64,000 bases of DNA from Diplonema japonicum (lineage: Eukaryota; Protista; Euglenozoa: Diplonemea). The notes below the pieces were generated by a model. That model was not told the origin of the DNA. It ran no database searches and saw nothing but the letters and a program-made list of their open reading frames with translations. Of this stretch, positions 63,401-64,000 are shown in pieces. The stretch spans positions 62,001 to 126,000 of the forward strand of contig OZ025698.1 of NCBI GenBank assembly GCA_964019335.1. Reading direction: 5' to 3'. The position numbers and the translations under genes are program-made. How positions within the stretch are numbered: the stretch's first letter is position 1; each line of letters begins with the position of its first letter.

Positions 63401-64000
63401 GAAGTGTGCGAAACTCAGCGTTTAGCCTTATCGGGTCTCTGGCCCTGAGCAGCCTGCTGCACTTTTCTTCCATCGTCTCCCTGTACGCGCTCCTTGCCTC
63501 CTTCCCCCAAGAGTAGAGTACTCTTCTGGTCGGTTGGCTGACTCCCCCTCTCAGACTGAAGAACATCGGAACGTGGTCTGAGCCCATTGCTGGCAACGTC
63601 CTCCAAGAAGATTTGTCGAACTCTGCGCCGCTCATTACCATGTCCGGAGAGGTTGGGTTTCCTGACGGGTTCAGGATCGTGGCTTCGCTGCTCTTGTTCC
63701 ATGTGCTGTAGCCCCATCGCAGCATCCGGCTGTGCAGTATTTCTCCCAGCTTATTCGGTGTGCCCCTTTTGTCCCACATCGTGTGGTGGGCGTTCATGTC
63801 ACCGGCGATGATGGTGTAACTGTCATGAGGCAGCTCTGCCGGGCGGAAATATTTCTCGGGGGGTGGTCTGTCGTCGCCGTCTCTACCCGTTGTCGGAGGC
63901 AGGTACAGGTTGACGAGTCTGTACGGCTTCCGGTTGGGCAGCGAGATCTCTACGTCGAGTCTTTCCGTCACGTCGCTGGGTTTCTGAATAACTTCGATCT
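60444..64000 (-). CDS. Non-LTR element ORF (APE-RT-RNase H-CCHC), related to family C; 5' end lies beyond the window
   Basis: TERLDV, AGDMNAHH, SDH, YRPIAL, FDFKGAFD, GVPQG, YADD, YTDGS, YVPGHCGLPGNEQAD, CLSC...HLLIGC; followed on the minus strand by an A-tail (~60365-60398) and a further module ending in (TTA)n at ~59835. Confidence 0.9.
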   Translation of the reverse strand, partial: IEVIQKPSDVTERLDVEISLPNRKPYRLVNLYLPPTTGRDGDDRPPPEKYFRPAELPHDSYTIIAGDMNAHHTMWDKRGTPNKLGEILHSRMLRWGYSTWNKSSEATILNPSGNPTSPDMVMSGAEFDKSSWRTLPAMGSDHVPMFFSLRGGVSQPTRRVLYSWGKEARSAYRETMEEKCSRLLRARDPIRLNAEFRTLLLSATESCVPRKGQKKGKVWWNDEIDALARRRSTLKAKLLSEDHDGNDEDLARLAAMEAELDRAITSGKQAAWGDYTKKLSKDGNLTQAFSVIRRFDGRSEKPPIAPLRRGNGIATTDREKASVLVEHYARACSPRTTAKSEEVITTIKKDAKPGTDNDFPLVTKDELDSVLRRLKKGKAPGPDGIYNEMLKYLGPVAREVQLLLYNSSLQTGVVPAEWRRSSIIPLMKKGKDQSEPASYRPIALTSNIVKTLERIVKDRMCSLQDTGRVRQLHTSQAGFRKGRSTEENVLYAASKLKSVRLSQGLGGLLLFDFKGAFDTVWHKGVIAKLIGDGYPPKLVKWITSFLDQRKASVCVNGEHGCVKTMTGGVPQGTILAPQLFSIYVNDLARLYRKAGIDAVVYADDIAIVLEAGSPAELNKKVQRAVSLTERWCETFSMKLSQEKTEFMPVEGQFWNSHDSLANLINARFPSSGAKVKVVREAKYLGVTFDESMNFHEHVQKVKGKINSRLRLLRKLAGTRWGCRKHTLRTLYLTYVQPVLRYCLGAYGNFVGHAALAEFDSLQYTAARLITGCFDKTSATVTRSEAGIWEIESLLEHDTLVLYEKAQRQPGTTAEKATKISGGQMWYGKSWRNTALDLAKSHGMPEREDLPHHSVTQSADLQLPPWVQPKVLFHPDLVRKVHKKDEKSLKLRAAFESIRRHGIPDAIVYTDGSVTGHRNGGSAAVIRIGSDTPKQARKSGGAVTSAYRCELKALNLGLQLTLYHTRRQGVTTGVVLLCSDSQSVIRRLMQGHREMRQKEELLAWKWLDALDRQGLSTIIQYVPGHCGLPGNEQADRHAKRAAKESTPDGPTDLMTTKSLIKRSVNRDWAASWEKTGRDKKYREEIGARYLPLKELSCRHDEVQITRLRTGRSHLTCGFLSKPVQNDIRCLSCHSIQDRHHLLIGCPAGDKVREEIFGDDIPTTTKEMLTMRVSETASYLKRMDLI

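Overview
Eukaryotic DNA, with GT-AG introns and Pol III tRNA genes. The gene content and one-strand gene arrangement suggest a protist, possibly a euglenozoan (inference only). Bases 1-10.9 kb hold one APE-RT LINE and four host genes, all on the minus strand: a Rab32/38-like GTPase and a UBL-ankyrin protein (each with a short intron missed by the ORF track), a membrane class III adenylyl cyclase, and an LVIVD-repeat surface protein. After a 200-N gap the window is almost entirely non-LTR retrotransposons with APE-RT-RNase H-CCHC architecture (I-group/Ingi-like), from about six families. They are stacked head-to-tail with their A-tails pointing at the 5' ends of two identical, convergent tRNA-Gly(GCC) genes (54259-54329 +, 57819-57889 -). 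Two results stand out. (1) Junction sequences and a target-site duplication that includes tRNA nt 1-3 indicate repeated insertion at the (A)n-CAG-G/tRNA-Gly +1 boundary, leaving the tRNA intact. (2) In three full-length elements of two diverged subfamilies, ORF1 and ORF2 are in the same frame and separated by one UGA. The UGA is followed by a linker conserved at the amino-acid level and then a 2A-like (VETNPGP) motif, which suggests stop readthrough coupled to StopGo. Also present: a piggyBac relic split by a LINE, a template-switched chimeric copy, structured 3' UTRs, and a TIR-bounded element with an H1-like repeat ORF.
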